Both the position numbers and the translations under genes were made by a program. The notes under the pieces were generated by a model. It was not told the origin of the DNA. It saw nothing but the letters and a program-made list of their open reading frames with translations, and ran no database searches. Below are positions 9,812-19,623 of a DNA stretch of 64,000 bases, in pieces (position 1 is the stretch's first letter; the number at the start of each line of letters is the position of its first letter). The DNA is taken from positions 12,860-76,859 of the forward strand of contig DAHWIJ010000033.1 of the NCBI GenBank assembly GCA_027345195.1. The letters run 5' to 3'. This DNA comes from Thermoplasmatales archaeon. Lineage in GTDB: Archaea > Thermoplasmatota > Thermoplasmata > Thermoplasmatales > GCA-001856825.

Positions 9812-10396
9812 CTAGATCGCCTTCTGTATTACTATTTCCGCAGACTTGATAAGGCTGTCTATTGCCATGGTTGGATATTTCCCGTCGAGCGAGCTATCGG
9901 AGTCTACGGGAAGAAGAACAAGTCCGGCCCTTGCTTTTGAGAGATAGAGAGAGTAGAAGAATATCTTGTTGCATAGGGATGCACCGCATGAGTAAGAGAC
10001 CTCCGCAGGTATCCTTGACGACCTCAGGGAATGGACTGTTTCCTCAGCTGGGATCCTGGAAAACAGGGCATCCGGCCCATTTTCTATAATCTTTCCCACT
10101 TTAGTAGCCGGTCCATCTTCATCCCCACCTCCCGCCTGCCAGTTAATTGCCAGCTTCCCTATCCCAACAGATGTTCGTCCCGGTGAAAGGCAAAGGTTTA
10201 TTATTGCCTCATAATCCTTCCCAATTTCCTCCCGATAGACCCTGTCGATGGCGGAATGCCCCATTTCCAGCGTCGTGCCTACAACCTCTTTCCCTTTGAA
10301 GTAGGACCCGTTAAGGAGTTCGGCAATTTCTCCTGATGTATTTCGTTTGAATGTCGAGTAGGGTTTAAATCCCGTGACTAGGATAATTGAAACCAC
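9812..10396 (-). CDS. pcp: Pyroglutamyl-peptidase I (pyrrolidone-carboxylate peptidase)
   Basis: ILVTGFKPY start, and YSCGASLCNKIFFYSL containing the nucleophile Cys motif. Confidence 0.85.
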   Translation of the reverse strand: MVSIILVTGFKPYSTFKRNTSGEIAELLNGSYFKGKEVVGTTLEMGHSAIDRVYREEIGKDYEAIINLCLSPGRTSVGIGKLAINWQAGGGDEDGPATKVGKIIENGPDALFSRIPAEETVHSLRSSRIPAEVSYSCGASLCNKIFFYSLYLSKARAGLVLLPVDSDSSLDGKYPTMAIDSLIKSAEIVIQKAI

Positions 10397-11541
10397 CCTA
10401 ACTGTTCGAGCACGTATTCCCTGCTCTTGTCCACGTCCTCTTTGTAATTAACCTTACCGCCATCTACAACCTTTTCATAAATCGATTCCATCGATGTACC
10501 GTCGACGGGGCATCTCTGCTTTGATTCTGTGGATACAAGGTAGGAGTGACACTTCTTGCACCTGAACACATTCTTGTTGCCGGAGTATTTCCCTTTCTTT
10601 GTCTTGTCCTTCCCGTCTATGTTTACTATGTCCATGGCGAAATCTATTGCTGCTGCACTTGAAATTGAAGTCCCGATCCCAAATCCAGTTGCTCCAGCTT
10701 TCTTCAGGCCTTCAATATCTTCTTCCTTTATGCCTCCTGAGACTATGATACCGACATCCCCTTTCCCCCTGCGGTCAAGCTCCCACTTGACTTCCCTCAC
10801 TATATCCGAAAAGTTTCCACGCCTTGACGAAGGGGTGTCCAGTCTAACGGCATCCAAATCCTCTATTATTTCAGCAGCCCTAATGGCAGATTCCTTCTCA
10901 TCACCATATGTATCAACCAGGGCAGTTCTTGCGGAGTCTGCTTCCATGACTTCGTCATACATCTTCCACCCCTTCTCTTCTCCAAGCAAGAGGAGGAGGG
11001 AGTGTGGCATTGTTCCTTCTGCCCTCTTACCTATCCTTTCCGCACCTATGATGCTCGATACCTTGTCACAGCCCCCAATGTAGGCATTCCTGTCAATCAG
11101 AGGTGCAAGTGCAGGGTGCATCCTTCTCACTCCGAATGAAAGGAGAGGAATGTCACCAATCCTCTTCTTGAAGAACGACGCCTTGGTCGCGATACCAGAA
11201 GCCTGGGAAATTGAGCCCAGTAGCGGGGTTTCAAGCATCCCGAATTCTAAGTATCTGCCAGTTATCTTCACCGCTGGAATGGGTATTCCATTTATGTCTC
11301 TCGGAGGAAAAATCGTACCCTCGGGTAGTGAAAACACATCAACATTCTTTCCCCTCAGGAGCTCAGTGAGATCATCCAGTCCTGCAAGTGTTATCCACGG
11401 AAGATCCCGCGAAGAGCAGGTTATCTCCATGACGACTTTTGGGTTAACACCAGCTCTCTTCAACACCTCCTTGGCCCTTAGGAAATAGATGTCAGTCGTC
11501 TTCAGGTTTACAATTTCCTCAAATGAGGCAATATTTCTCAT
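10378..11541 (-). CDS. pncB: Nicotinate phosphoribosyltransferase, archaeal type with C-terminal zinc knuckle
   Basis: TDIYFLRAKEVLK N-terminus, a TIM-barrel region DTYGDE...VRLDTPSSRRG...IIVSGGI, and C-terminal FRCKKCHSYLV...RCPVDG. Adjacent to a nicotinamidase. Confidence 0.8.
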   Translation of the reverse strand: MRNIASFEEIVNLKTTDIYFLRAKEVLKRAGVNPKVVMEITCSSRDLPWITLAGLDDLTELLRGKNVDVFSLPEGTIFPPRDINGIPIPAVKITGRYLEFGMLETPLLGSISQASGIATKASFFKKRIGDIPLLSFGVRRMHPALAPLIDRNAYIGGCDKVSSIIGAERIGKRAEGTMPHSLLLLLGEEKGWKMYDEVMEADSARTALVDTYGDEKESAIRAAEIIEDLDAVRLDTPSSRRGNFSDIVREVKWELDRRGKGDVGIIVSGGIKEEDIEGLKKAGATGFGIGTSISSAAAIDFAMDIVNIDGKDKTKKGKYSGNKNVFRCKKCHSYLVSTESKQRCPVDGTSMESIYEKVVDGGKVNYKEDVDKSREYVLEQLGWFQLS

Positions 11542-11543
11542 TT

Positions 11544-12065
11544 TCAGATGATTTCAGTGAAAGATATTACCTTTGCTCCGTAGTTTTTTGACATGTATTC
11601 CAGTACCTTCTTCTTTGTGTCCGGAGAGTAGGTATCAGTGCACTCCTCAACCACTATTGGAGTAAAGCCCCTGAAGAAAGCAGAGGCAACAGAATGGACA
11701 ACGCAGATATCCGTAACGACGCCACAGAATACCAACCTCTTTGCTCCTCTCTTCCTAAGCAGTTCATCTAGCCCTGTTTTGTAAAAAGCGTCGTAGGTCC
11801 TTTTCTTGATGACAACCTTAACCCCCTTCAGTTCCGGAACTGTCTCCGATTCGTGGGTGCCTTCCATGGCATGGCGCCCCCAGACTGCCATCTCGGGGTC
11901 TCCTTCCCTGTGTGAATCCTGTACCAAAACGGCGAACTTCCCGCTCTTTTCTATAAGTTCTTTTGTATACCTTACCACCTCTTCAAATTTGGGATGCCCT
12001 AGTCTTCCTGTTACGAACTCGTTGATAAGGTCTATGGAAACTATTGCGTCAAAGTCTACCACCAT
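11544..12065 (-). CDS. pncA: Nicotinamidase/pyrazinamidase (isochorismatase family)
   Basis: IVSIDLINEF..., DSHREGDPE and LVFCGVVTDICVVHSV (catalytic Cys). Lies immediately upstream of pncB. Confidence 0.75.
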   Translation of the reverse strand: MVVDFDAIVSIDLINEFVTGRLGHPKFEEVVRYTKELIEKSGKFAVLVQDSHREGDPEMAVWGRHAMEGTHESETVPELKGVKVVIKKRTYDAFYKTGLDELLRKRGAKRLVFCGVVTDICVVHSVASAFFRGFTPIVVEECTDTYSPDTKKKVLEYMSKNYGAKVISFTEII

Positions 12066-13420
12066 AGGTAGCTCCCCTCCGCGGTATCTTCTATCTTTAT
12101 GCCCCTTGAGTTAAGGCTTTCCCTTATCCTGTCTGCAGACGTAAAATCCCCCTTTTTCCTCAGTTCGTTCCTCAACTCAAGTAGAACGTTCAGAGACCTT
12201 TCGGGAAGGGGAGGGGTGTGTACTATTCCCAGTACTTTCTCCACTTCGCTGAGTACGTATCTAATCTCACCCTTCTCCTGGATCGTCAGACCCTTCTTGG
12301 CAAGGGAGTCTTTCACGAAGGAGACTATTTCCCTCATGGTTTCCGGTGTATTCATGTCGCTTTCCAGAGGTGCAAATATCTTCATCACCGCTTCCACGGC
12401 CCTCTCTGTTTTCAATTCCGGAGAATCATCAACCCTATGCTGCAGGATTGCAATTCTTTCCGCCGTTCCCTGAGCGTCAGCTGCCGCTTTTTCCTCGAAA
12501 TTCACTGGGGCATTGTACTTCATGGAAAGCATCATGATCCGAATAGCTTCCGGCCAGTAATTCTTTAGAGCCTCTTCAACGGTAACGAAATTCTTGAGGC
12601 TCTTGCTCATCTTTATATCATCCACATTCAAATGGCCTGTGTGGATCCAGTATTTGACCATAGGTCTCTTCCTGGAAATCGCTTCCATCTGGGCTATTTC
12701 CGATTCATGATGGGGGAAGATAAGGTCCTTCGCCCCTCCGTGTATGTCATAATTTGGCCCGAAGATTGATTCAGTAATTGCCGTATCCTCAATGTGCCAC
12801 CCCGGCCTTCCTTCGCCCCAGGGGCTCTGCCAGGACGGTTCCCTCTCTTTCTTCTTCTTCCATAGCGCAAAATCGAGGGGATCTTCCTTCTCCTCATTCA
12901 CTTCAACCCTCGCTCCGGCCATAAGCTGGTCGAGATTTTGTTTCGACAGCCTTCCATATTCCTTGAATTTTCTTGCCCTGTAGTAAACCCCGTCAGAGGT
13001 TTCGTAGGCATACCCTTTCTTCATGAGTCTTTTGATCTGGGAAATTATCTCTTCTATGAAATCCGTTGCAAACGCATAGTAGTTCACCGACCTGATCTTG
13101 AGCTTCTCCATCACATCGAAGAATCGGGATGAATACGTGGCTGTAATGTCTTCCCATGATCTGCCGGTCTCTTTCATCTTCGTGATGATGTGATCTTCTA
13201 TGTCTGTGATGTTCATGAGGTAGAAGAGCCTTATCCCCCTGTACCTAAGGTACCGGGCGAGAACATCGTAGAATATGTACGTTCTTGCATGCCCCATATG
13301 CGGGTCATCCTGAACGGTAGGTCCGCAAACGAACATGTATAGCCTTTTCCCTTCTCTTGTTTCTATCTCTTTAAGAGAAGATGAAAGGGTGTCCCTTATC
13401 TCCATATTTGGGAAGAACAA
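12056..13420 (-). CDS. cysS: Cysteine--tRNA ligase
   Basis: Class I signatures HMGHARTYIFYDVLARYLR (HIGH) and KMSKSLKN (KMSKS). Confidence 0.95.
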   Translation of the reverse strand: MFFPNMEIRDTLSSSLKEIETREGKRLYMFVCGPTVQDDPHMGHARTYIFYDVLARYLRYRGIRLFYLMNITDIEDHIITKMKETGRSWEDITATYSSRFFDVMEKLKIRSVNYYAFATDFIEEIISQIKRLMKKGYAYETSDGVYYRARKFKEYGRLSKQNLDQLMAGARVEVNEEKEDPLDFALWKKKKEREPSWQSPWGEGRPGWHIEDTAITESIFGPNYDIHGGAKDLIFPHHESEIAQMEAISRKRPMVKYWIHTGHLNVDDIKMSKSLKNFVTVEEALKNYWPEAIRIMMLSMKYNAPVNFEEKAAADAQGTAERIAILQHRVDDSPELKTERAVEAVMKIFAPLESDMNTPETMREIVSFVKDSLAKKGLTIQEKGEIRYVLSEVEKVLGIVHTPPLPERSLNVLLELRNELRKKGDFTSADRIRESLNSRGIKIEDTAEGSYLWW

Positions 13421-13459
13421 GCATCATTAAATTTTTTATCGTAAATACTATGTACTTAA

Positions 13460-14629
13460 GTGCCTAAAGGCAAAGGGGAACTTAATTTAAAAACTTCACT
13501 GCTAAAGGATAAGAAGATAATCCTTGGTGTCACGGGGTCAATCTCTGCAGTGGAATCCGTCAAGCTTATTCACGAGCTTAGGAGGCATGGGGCAGAGGTT
13601 TTCCCTGTTATGACCAGCTCAGCCTGCAAGATCATACACCCCTCGAGTCTGGAATATGCATCAGGAAATAGTGCCGTCCTGGAGCTCACTGGGAAAATAG
13701 AGCACGTGAGACTGGTTGAAGATTCTGATCTCTTCCTAATTGCCCCCTCTACAGCAAACACGATATCTAAGATGGCGCACGGAATAGATGATTCGACAGT
13801 AACCTCTGTCTTCTCGAATGCACTCGAAAGGATCCCGGTGCTTGTTGTCCCAGCAATGCACTTGAACATGTATACGAATCCGATAATTCTGAAGAACATT
13901 GAGACGTTGAAATCCTACGGTGTCTCTTTCCTCAATCCGATCGTCGAGGAATCGAAGGCAAAGATTGCAGATACGGAATCGATAGTTGCAGAGACCATAA
14001 GAGCCCTCCACAATGAGTTAAGGGGAAAGAAAATATGCGTAATCGGAGGTTCCAGCAATGAAAAATTGGACGACGTCAGGGTCATCTCCAACAACTCAAC
14101 CGGCGAAACCTCAATTGATATTGCAAAAATGGCCTACTATCTCGGCGCTGATGTTGACTTATATTTGGGCAGCGTAAGAGTCGAAGTTCCACAATACTTG
14201 AGGTACAGCACGTTTTCTAACGTTGCATCTCTAGTATCGAAGATTCCTTCTATTGAAAAGAATGACGCTGTGATAGTGCCGGCAGCACTTTCAGATTTCA
14301 CTACGAACAAGATGCGGGGAAAGGTGAGCAGCGACAAACCTATAAAGATAACACTCAAGCCCGCTCCGAAGTTCCTGAAGCTTCTGAGGAAAAGTTACAC
14401 AGGGGTAATCGTTGGGTTCAAGGCGGAATTCGATGTGGGGAGGAAGGAACTGTTGGAGAGAGCGAGGAGCAGAATGAAGGAGTACGGTCTTGACATGGTT
14501 GTGGCCAACGATATTAAAGACGTGAGACCTGGGATAACTAAGGTCATAGTTCTGAAGGGAAGGGATGAGACGACTCTGGAAGGTGATAAACTTGACGTCG
14601 CTAGGAGAATACTCGAGCTACTCCCGTAA
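13460..14629 (+). CDS. coaBC: Bifunctional phosphopantothenoylcysteine decarboxylase / phosphopantothenate--cysteine ligase
   Basis: Flavoprotein N-domain KIILGVTGSISAVESVKLIHELRRHGAEV and PAMHLNMY. C-terminal DFP domain ...GFKAEF...VVANDI. Confidence 0.9.
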   Translation: MPKGKGELNLKTSLLKDKKIILGVTGSISAVESVKLIHELRRHGAEVFPVMTSSACKIIHPSSLEYASGNSAVLELTGKIEHVRLVEDSDLFLIAPSTANTISKMAHGIDDSTVTSVFSNALERIPVLVVPAMHLNMYTNPIILKNIETLKSYGVSFLNPIVEESKAKIADTESIVAETIRALHNELRGKKICVIGGSSNEKLDDVRVISNNSTGETSIDIAKMAYYLGADVDLYLGSVRVEVPQYLRYSTFSNVASLVSKIPSIEKNDAVIVPAALSDFTTNKMRGKVSSDKPIKITLKPAPKFLKLLRKSYTGVIVGFKAEFDVGRKELLERARSRMKEYGLDMVVANDIKDVRPGITKVIVLKGRDETTLEGDKLDVARRILELLP

Positions 14630-15461
14630 GGCTTTTTCTCCTGGAAGCGCAACACTCTTCTTCATACCTAACAGCGAGGAGGACATACTTAGGAAGGGGT
14701 CCAAAGGGGTTGCAATTTGCATAGACACGGGCATGACGACCAAAGTGGAGCCATCTGAATCCATGGACATCAGGTTCAACGGAATACCCATAGACAACTC
14801 TATTCAGGAGGAGGTAGCAGGTGTCCTGAATTTTACGGGTAAGATATTCTCAAACTCAGAGCTCCCCCCTTCAAGCGGATTTGGTCTCAGTGCAGGTGCT
14901 GCGCTTACCACTGCCGCTGCAATACTTGGTAACGATGCAAGAAGCGGGAGAATTTACGAAATAGCGCACAAGATAGAGCTGACCAGGGGGACTGGCCTGG
15001 GAGACGTTCAGTCTCAGATCACAGGCGGATTTCACATAAGACTGAAGGGTGGGAGTTTCCCCTACTCAATCACAGAGAGAATACTTGAGGAACCGACGGA
15101 GCTAATAATTCTTCCTTTCAAGAAGAAGACACCAACCGGTGAGGTTATAAAATCTCCCACGAACCTCGCTGAAATTGTGAAACATGGCAGGAGGGCATTC
15201 AATGCATTCATTAAGAAACCAACACTCAAAAACGCATTCGCTCTCGGCAGGAGATTCGCATTTGACTCAAATCTCGTCTCTCCAAGGGCAGAAAAGATAC
15301 TGAACGACTTGCCTAGGGATTCATCGTCTGTCTCGCTCATAGGGGATAGCATCATATCTCTTTACAGCGAGGAATCGATGGACATTCTAAGGAAATATGG
15401 AGACCCCATAAAAACTAGGATTTCTTCCACAGGCTTAATCCTAAGTCAGAGGGAAGTATAG
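14565..15461 (+). CDS. GHMP-superfamily kinase resembling archaeal pantoate kinase (COG1829)
   Basis: AFSPGSATLFF, SSGFGLSAGAALTTAAA (GHMP motif II) and GTGLGDVQSQITGGFHIRLK follow the block order I recall for Thermococcus pantoate kinase. Start uncertain: 14565 overlaps coaBC by 65 nt, and TTG 14592 is an alternative. Confidence 0.6.
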   Translation: MRRLWKVINLTSLGEYSSYSRKAFSPGSATLFFIPNSEEDILRKGSKGVAICIDTGMTTKVEPSESMDIRFNGIPIDNSIQEEVAGVLNFTGKIFSNSELPPSSGFGLSAGAALTTAAAILGNDARSGRIYEIAHKIELTRGTGLGDVQSQITGGFHIRLKGGSFPYSITERILEEPTELIILPFKKKTPTGEVIKSPTNLAEIVKHGRRAFNAFIKKPTLKNAFALGRRFAFDSNLVSPRAEKILNDLPRDSSSVSLIGDSIISLYSEESMDILRKYGDPIKTRISSTGLILSQREV

Positions 15462-16172
15462 GAAATCATCTATTTCACGTATATTTGTTTCAAACGTTTC
15501 TGATATCCATCTTTTCAGGTCGGAATCTTCTTTGGTACCCCGGAAAATCAGTTTTCCGTTCTTCATGAGAATGACAGTTCCGCCTATCTTGTTCAGTGCG
15601 TTCAGATCGTGTGAAACCATTATTATACCCTTGTTCTTCAAATTAGAAATAATATCCAGTACTTCCTGAACCGACCTTATGTCAAGGTGAGCCGTCGGCT
15701 CATCCATTAGGATATAACTGGCGTCTTGCACAAGGGCTCTCGCAATTATGGCTTTCTGAAGCTCGCCCCCAGAAAGCGTATTTATTTCCTTCAGAGTGAG
15801 GTTGGTAATCCCCACCATTTCAATTGCATCGTTTACCCTCCGGTCTTCGTGCCACCATTCTCTAGAATGGCTGTAGAGCCCCATTGATACGAAATCCTTC
15901 ACTGTAAAGGCATAAGGAGTGGAAAATATCTGTGGCACATACGAAATCTCTCTAGCAATCTCAGTTCGCGAAAGTGCGCCTACCTCTCTACCGTTAAGGA
16001 AGATCCTACCCTCAAATTTTACAAGGCCAAGTAGCGCTCTCAGTAGAGTTGTCTTTCCAGACCCGTTCGGACCCATCAGAATGACCCGTTCTCCGTCTTT
16101 AACCTTCAGGCTGAGATTCTCTACTGCAATCTTCTTTCCGTACCTGACTGTAAGGTCTCGAATCTCTATCAA
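15441..16172 (-). CDS. ABC transporter ATP-binding protein, FepC/BtuD (iron-complex/corrinoid) type
   Basis: Walker A GPNGSGKTTLLRAL, signature LSGGELQK, Walker B ILMDEPTAHLD. Confidence 0.9.
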   Translation of the reverse strand: MIEIRDLTVRYGKKIAVENLSLKVKDGERVILMGPNGSGKTTLLRALLGLVKFEGRIFLNGREVGALSRTEIAREISYVPQIFSTPYAFTVKDFVSMGLYSHSREWWHEDRRVNDAIEMVGITNLTLKEINTLSGGELQKAIIARALVQDASYILMDEPTAHLDIRSVQEVLDIISNLKNKGIIMVSHDLNALNKIGGTVILMKNGKLIFRGTKEDSDLKRWISETFETNIREIDDFLYFPLT

Positions 16173-17155
16173 AGCTTTCTCCTCCTGTAGAGAAGATAGA
16201 TGAGAACGGGGGCGCCCACAAAGGAGGTGATGATTCCTACCGGTATCTCCCCCTGAGGAGTGCTCCTAGCTATGGTATCGCTTGCCAGTAAAATGTTGGC
16301 GCCTATAAGTGGGGCTACAAATATTAGGAACCTGTGTGACTCCCCTACAATCTTCCTCCCTATGTGAGGGGAAACAAGACCGATAAATCCTATGATGCCA
16401 ACCGCTGAAACTGCGAGACTGGTTATGAGACTTGATACGAGCAATGTTACTGTTTTGATCCTTCCTGTATTGACCCCCAAGCTCTTTGCTTGATCATCCC
16501 CTATAAGAATTATATCCAGTTCTTTCCGGAAGTAAACTATGACAGGGAGAATAACGATAAGTGCAATGAAAAGCCAGTAGTCTTCCGTCCATGTAGCGCC
16601 ATATAATCCTCCAAGTAGCCAAAAGATAACGCCCCTCAAATTCGTTATCTTAAGATATATTATATAGGAGGCAACGGCCGAGAAGAGAAAACTAACCGAA
16701 ACACCTGCAAGTATCAGCATCTCAGTGTTAACTTCGCCGTTTGATCTGGAAATTATAAAGGATATGGATACTGCAATCATTGCAAAGATGAATGCAAGAA
16801 CCGGAACTAGGAATGGAGAGGTGAGAAATCCGATTGCAGCACCTACGGCGGCACCACTGGAGACACCTGTAAGATATGGGTCGCCAAGAGGGTTCTTGAA
16901 AATTGTCTGGGTTACTAACCCTGAAACCCCTAGGATGGTCCCTATGATTACTGCAAGAATGATCCTTGGGAGTCGGATATAAAACAGTATGGTCGACACG
17001 GTCCAGTTTGGATCTTTACCAAAAAAGTAAAGATAGATATTCCTAACTATATCCGTGATAGAAATATGCACAGGCCCTATAGACAGAGAGACTAGAATAT
17101 TGATTATTGTTAGAAAAACGAGAAAGATGGTAAATAAGTAGTTAGTGGGCTTCAT
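16169..17155 (-). CDS. FecCD/BtuC-family ABC transporter permease
   Basis: 328 aa, about 9-10 TM. RLPRIILAVIIG and the conserved C-terminal GEIPVGIITSFVGAPVLIYLL. Confidence 0.85.
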   Translation of the reverse strand: MKPTNYLFTIFLVFLTIINILVSLSIGPVHISITDIVRNIYLYFFGKDPNWTVSTILFYIRLPRIILAVIIGTILGVSGLVTQTIFKNPLGDPYLTGVSSGAAVGAAIGFLTSPFLVPVLAFIFAMIAVSISFIISRSNGEVNTEMLILAGVSVSFLFSAVASYIIYLKITNLRGVIFWLLGGLYGATWTEDYWLFIALIVILPVIVYFRKELDIILIGDDQAKSLGVNTGRIKTVTLLVSSLITSLAVSAVGIIGFIGLVSPHIGRKIVGESHRFLIFVAPLIGANILLASDTIARSTPQGEIPVGIITSFVGAPVLIYLLYRRRKL

Positions 17156-18090
17156 TCAAATGCTTGAGGATACAAGAATTGCGCGACCATTTGGACTGCG
17201 AATATTGTCAGCGGGCCTGGTTCATTCATCCACTCCGATTCCGTTACGTTGAAAACGAGCAGACGATCGCCTTTAATTGCAGATATGTTTTTCCACACCT
17301 GAGATTGGTTCCCTGTCGTGAAGTAGGTAATGTTTGAAATCCCTGTACCGTTATCAACTATTATTGCCTGAGGATTGTCCACAACAATCTGCTCGAGACT
17401 TATCACCGGGTAAGCTCCAGTTAGGTTGTCTGCAATGTTTTCACCGCCAGCTGCAGAAATTACGCTATTGATGAAGCTGGTAGGACCAGCCGTATAAATG
17501 GGATCGGGCCATAGCATATAGAGCAGAGAGACTCTGCTATAATTCTCTATCTTCTGTTGAACCCCCTTGATGACTGTTTTCATATGATTGACTTCAGCGA
17601 CCGCGGTGGAATAATGGCCGGTGACATTGCCAAGAGTTAACATATCTGAATATATGTTGGAAATATTCTGAGGCTCAAATACAAGAACTGGAATGGAAAG
17701 GTTTTGAAGCTGGTCAATGATCTGCATTGGTTGAATAGTTGTGGCAAGAACTAGGTCTGGTGTCATATTGACAACTTGCTCAACTGAAGCCGTGCCGTTA
17801 TCCATTGCAACATGAGGTAATTTTGTAGCATTCTCGGGCCACCAGTCATAACTTGTATCAGCCACTAGAAGGTTCCCTGCACCGATGGCATACATCATTT
17901 GAGTATTAGATGGGTCCATTGAAACAACCCTTTTTACAGGGAGTGGAATAGTAACTTTCCTGCCAAGATCGTCTACTACGGTAATGGTAGAGGGGCCAGG
18001 CTTTTGCTTGTGCAAGTCGCTATACGCGAATGATAATGACGCCGCTATAACAATAACCACGACAATGGAAACAATGACTTTGGAGTTCAT
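17152..18090 (-). CDS. Membrane-anchored ABC substrate-binding protein, BtuF/FepB (cluster A) type
   Basis: N-terminal TM anchor, then RVVSMDPSNTQMMYAIG and TPDLVLA, typical of periplasmic-binding-protein type 2. Carries 13 N-x-S/T sequons. First gene of the transporter operon. Confidence 0.75.
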   Translation of the reverse strand: MNSKVIVSIVVVIVIAASLSFAYSDLHKQKPGPSTITVVDDLGRKVTIPLPVKRVVSMDPSNTQMMYAIGAGNLLVADTSYDWWPENATKLPHVAMDNGTASVEQVVNMTPDLVLATTIQPMQIIDQLQNLSIPVLVFEPQNISNIYSDMLTLGNVTGHYSTAVAEVNHMKTVIKGVQQKIENYSRVSLLYMLWPDPIYTAGPTSFINSVISAAGGENIADNLTGAYPVISLEQIVVDNPQAIIVDNGTGISNITYFTTGNQSQVWKNISAIKGDRLLVFNVTESEWMNEPGPLTIFAVQMVAQFLYPQAFE

Positions 18091-18225
18091 CTATGTCAAA
18101 TAAACTTGAATTATTTAAATTTTATTTGAATCAAAATACCTTTAATTCAATTTCGATGAAATATAGAATGAACTATGGGAGGGGCAGCAAATATGACACT
18201 CCATAGCAAAAGCCCGTTAACTTCG

Positions 18226-19554
18226 TTATTTTCTCTGGTTTCGGTTTATCACAAATCTGTCTAGCATGGGAAACATGAGATGCGAGTACAAGGCGAGCGC
18301 ATTGTTATAGTATATCCCGTCGCTTCCATCCCCAAGTCCCTTACCCCTCAGATTTTTGAATACTGTCCTTTCTCTTATATCGTCAACCTTTGATTGATGG
18401 AATTCGTGTCCTTTAAACTTTGACCCTACGTTTGAAATGAGCGTCTCTTGTCCAGCCTTCAGCTCGGTGTATCCTATAGTTAGTTTCGATGCCATCGAAA
18501 TGCTCACGTCAAAAATTCCGACCATACTGTGGTCCCGGTCCGTTTTCAGATTTGATGATAAGTACATCAATCCTCCGCACTCTCCGAGTATCGGAGTGCC
18601 TTTATCAGCTTCTTTTTTAATCCAGCCCTTAGTCTCTTTTCCTCTCTCTAGTCTATCGGCGTATATCTCTGGGTACCCTCCACCCAGATATATGAAAGAA
18701 GGTTTATCTACAATTTCGTCAGATAGAGGACTAAAGAATTCCAGATCAAAGATTTCCTTGAGGAACTCAATGTTCTCCCTGTAGTAAAAGAGGAATGCGT
18801 TATCCAGAGCAATGGCGGCCTTGCCTGATTTTTTGATCTTTTCTTCACTGACAGTTTCTCTTGGAACTTCCATCTTGGTAATATCGAGAATTTTCTCCAC
18901 GTCAATCCTTTCTGAGACTACCTCACTTGCGGCCCTCACAAATTCTTCAGTGTTAGTATTTGGTGTTATTAGTCCAAGATGACGAGAACCCACAGAGAGA
19001 TTAGAATCATGCGGAATCCATCCGAGTGGAGTCACCCCGCGGGGGAGGCGCCTGGTACAGTCCCTGTAATGGTTGTCTGAAGCAACATTGTTGAATATCA
19101 CGCCCTTGATGTTGTTCCTTTTGAATTTCTTCAGTCCTGTTACTACAGCCGATGAGGTAGTGGAACTTCTAGAACAATCTATAACCAGGATAACTGGAGT
19201 GTTCAGAGTATTGGAAAGTTCCCAAGTGCTATATCTGCCATTCATACCGTCATAAAATCCCATAACTCCTTCGATAATTGAAACATCAGACCTTATTGAA
19301 TACTTATTGAACGATTTTACGACACCTTCTTTGCCCATCAGCCATAGGTCAAGATTTATTGAGTCACGACCACTAGCTACCTTGTGGTACATCGGATCTA
19401 TAAAATCTGGACCAGCCTTGAATGGTGATACCTTTACTGATTTAGAAAGGGCCCTCATGAGTCCTAAACTGATAGTCGTTTTGCCTGAATCACTCCTATC
19501 CGACGAAATAGTCAGGCAACTCACTCTAACCGTTTCTGGTTTTTCACTATTCAT
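18226..19554 (-). CDS. cbiA: Cobyrinate a,c-diamide synthase (CbiA/CobB family)
   Basis: P-loop-like SDSGKTTISLGLMRAL and a glutamine amidotransferase domain with GECGGLMYL. Confidence 0.85.
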   Translation of the reverse strand: MNSEKPETVRVSCLTISSDRSDSGKTTISLGLMRALSKSVKVSPFKAGPDFIDPMYHKVASGRDSINLDLWLMGKEGVVKSFNKYSIRSDVSIIEGVMGFYDGMNGRYSTWELSNTLNTPVILVIDCSRSSTTSSAVVTGLKKFKRNNIKGVIFNNVASDNHYRDCTRRLPRGVTPLGWIPHDSNLSVGSRHLGLITPNTNTEEFVRAASEVVSERIDVEKILDITKMEVPRETVSEEKIKKSGKAAIALDNAFLFYYRENIEFLKEIFDLEFFSPLSDEIVDKPSFIYLGGGYPEIYADRLERGKETKGWIKKEADKGTPILGECGGLMYLSSNLKTDRDHSMVGIFDVSISMASKLTIGYTELKAGQETLISNVGSKFKGHEFHQSKVDDIRERTVFKNLRGKGLGDGSDGIYYNNALALYSHLMFPMLDRFVINRNQRK

Positions 19555-19623
19555 TGATGATGCAGAGAACTAGGATATCTAAAATTTTCCTGAGATATTA
19601 CGTTCTTTGAGACATAGCCTGAG

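Noticed and set aside
18091-18225. AT-rich inverted repeat CAAATAAA...TTTATTTG upstream of the btuF-like gene, considered as a possible B12-responsive operator.
   Set aside because: The region is extremely AT-rich, so short A/T palindromes are expected. Cobalamin riboswitches are not known in archaea, and nothing resembling the B12 box is present.
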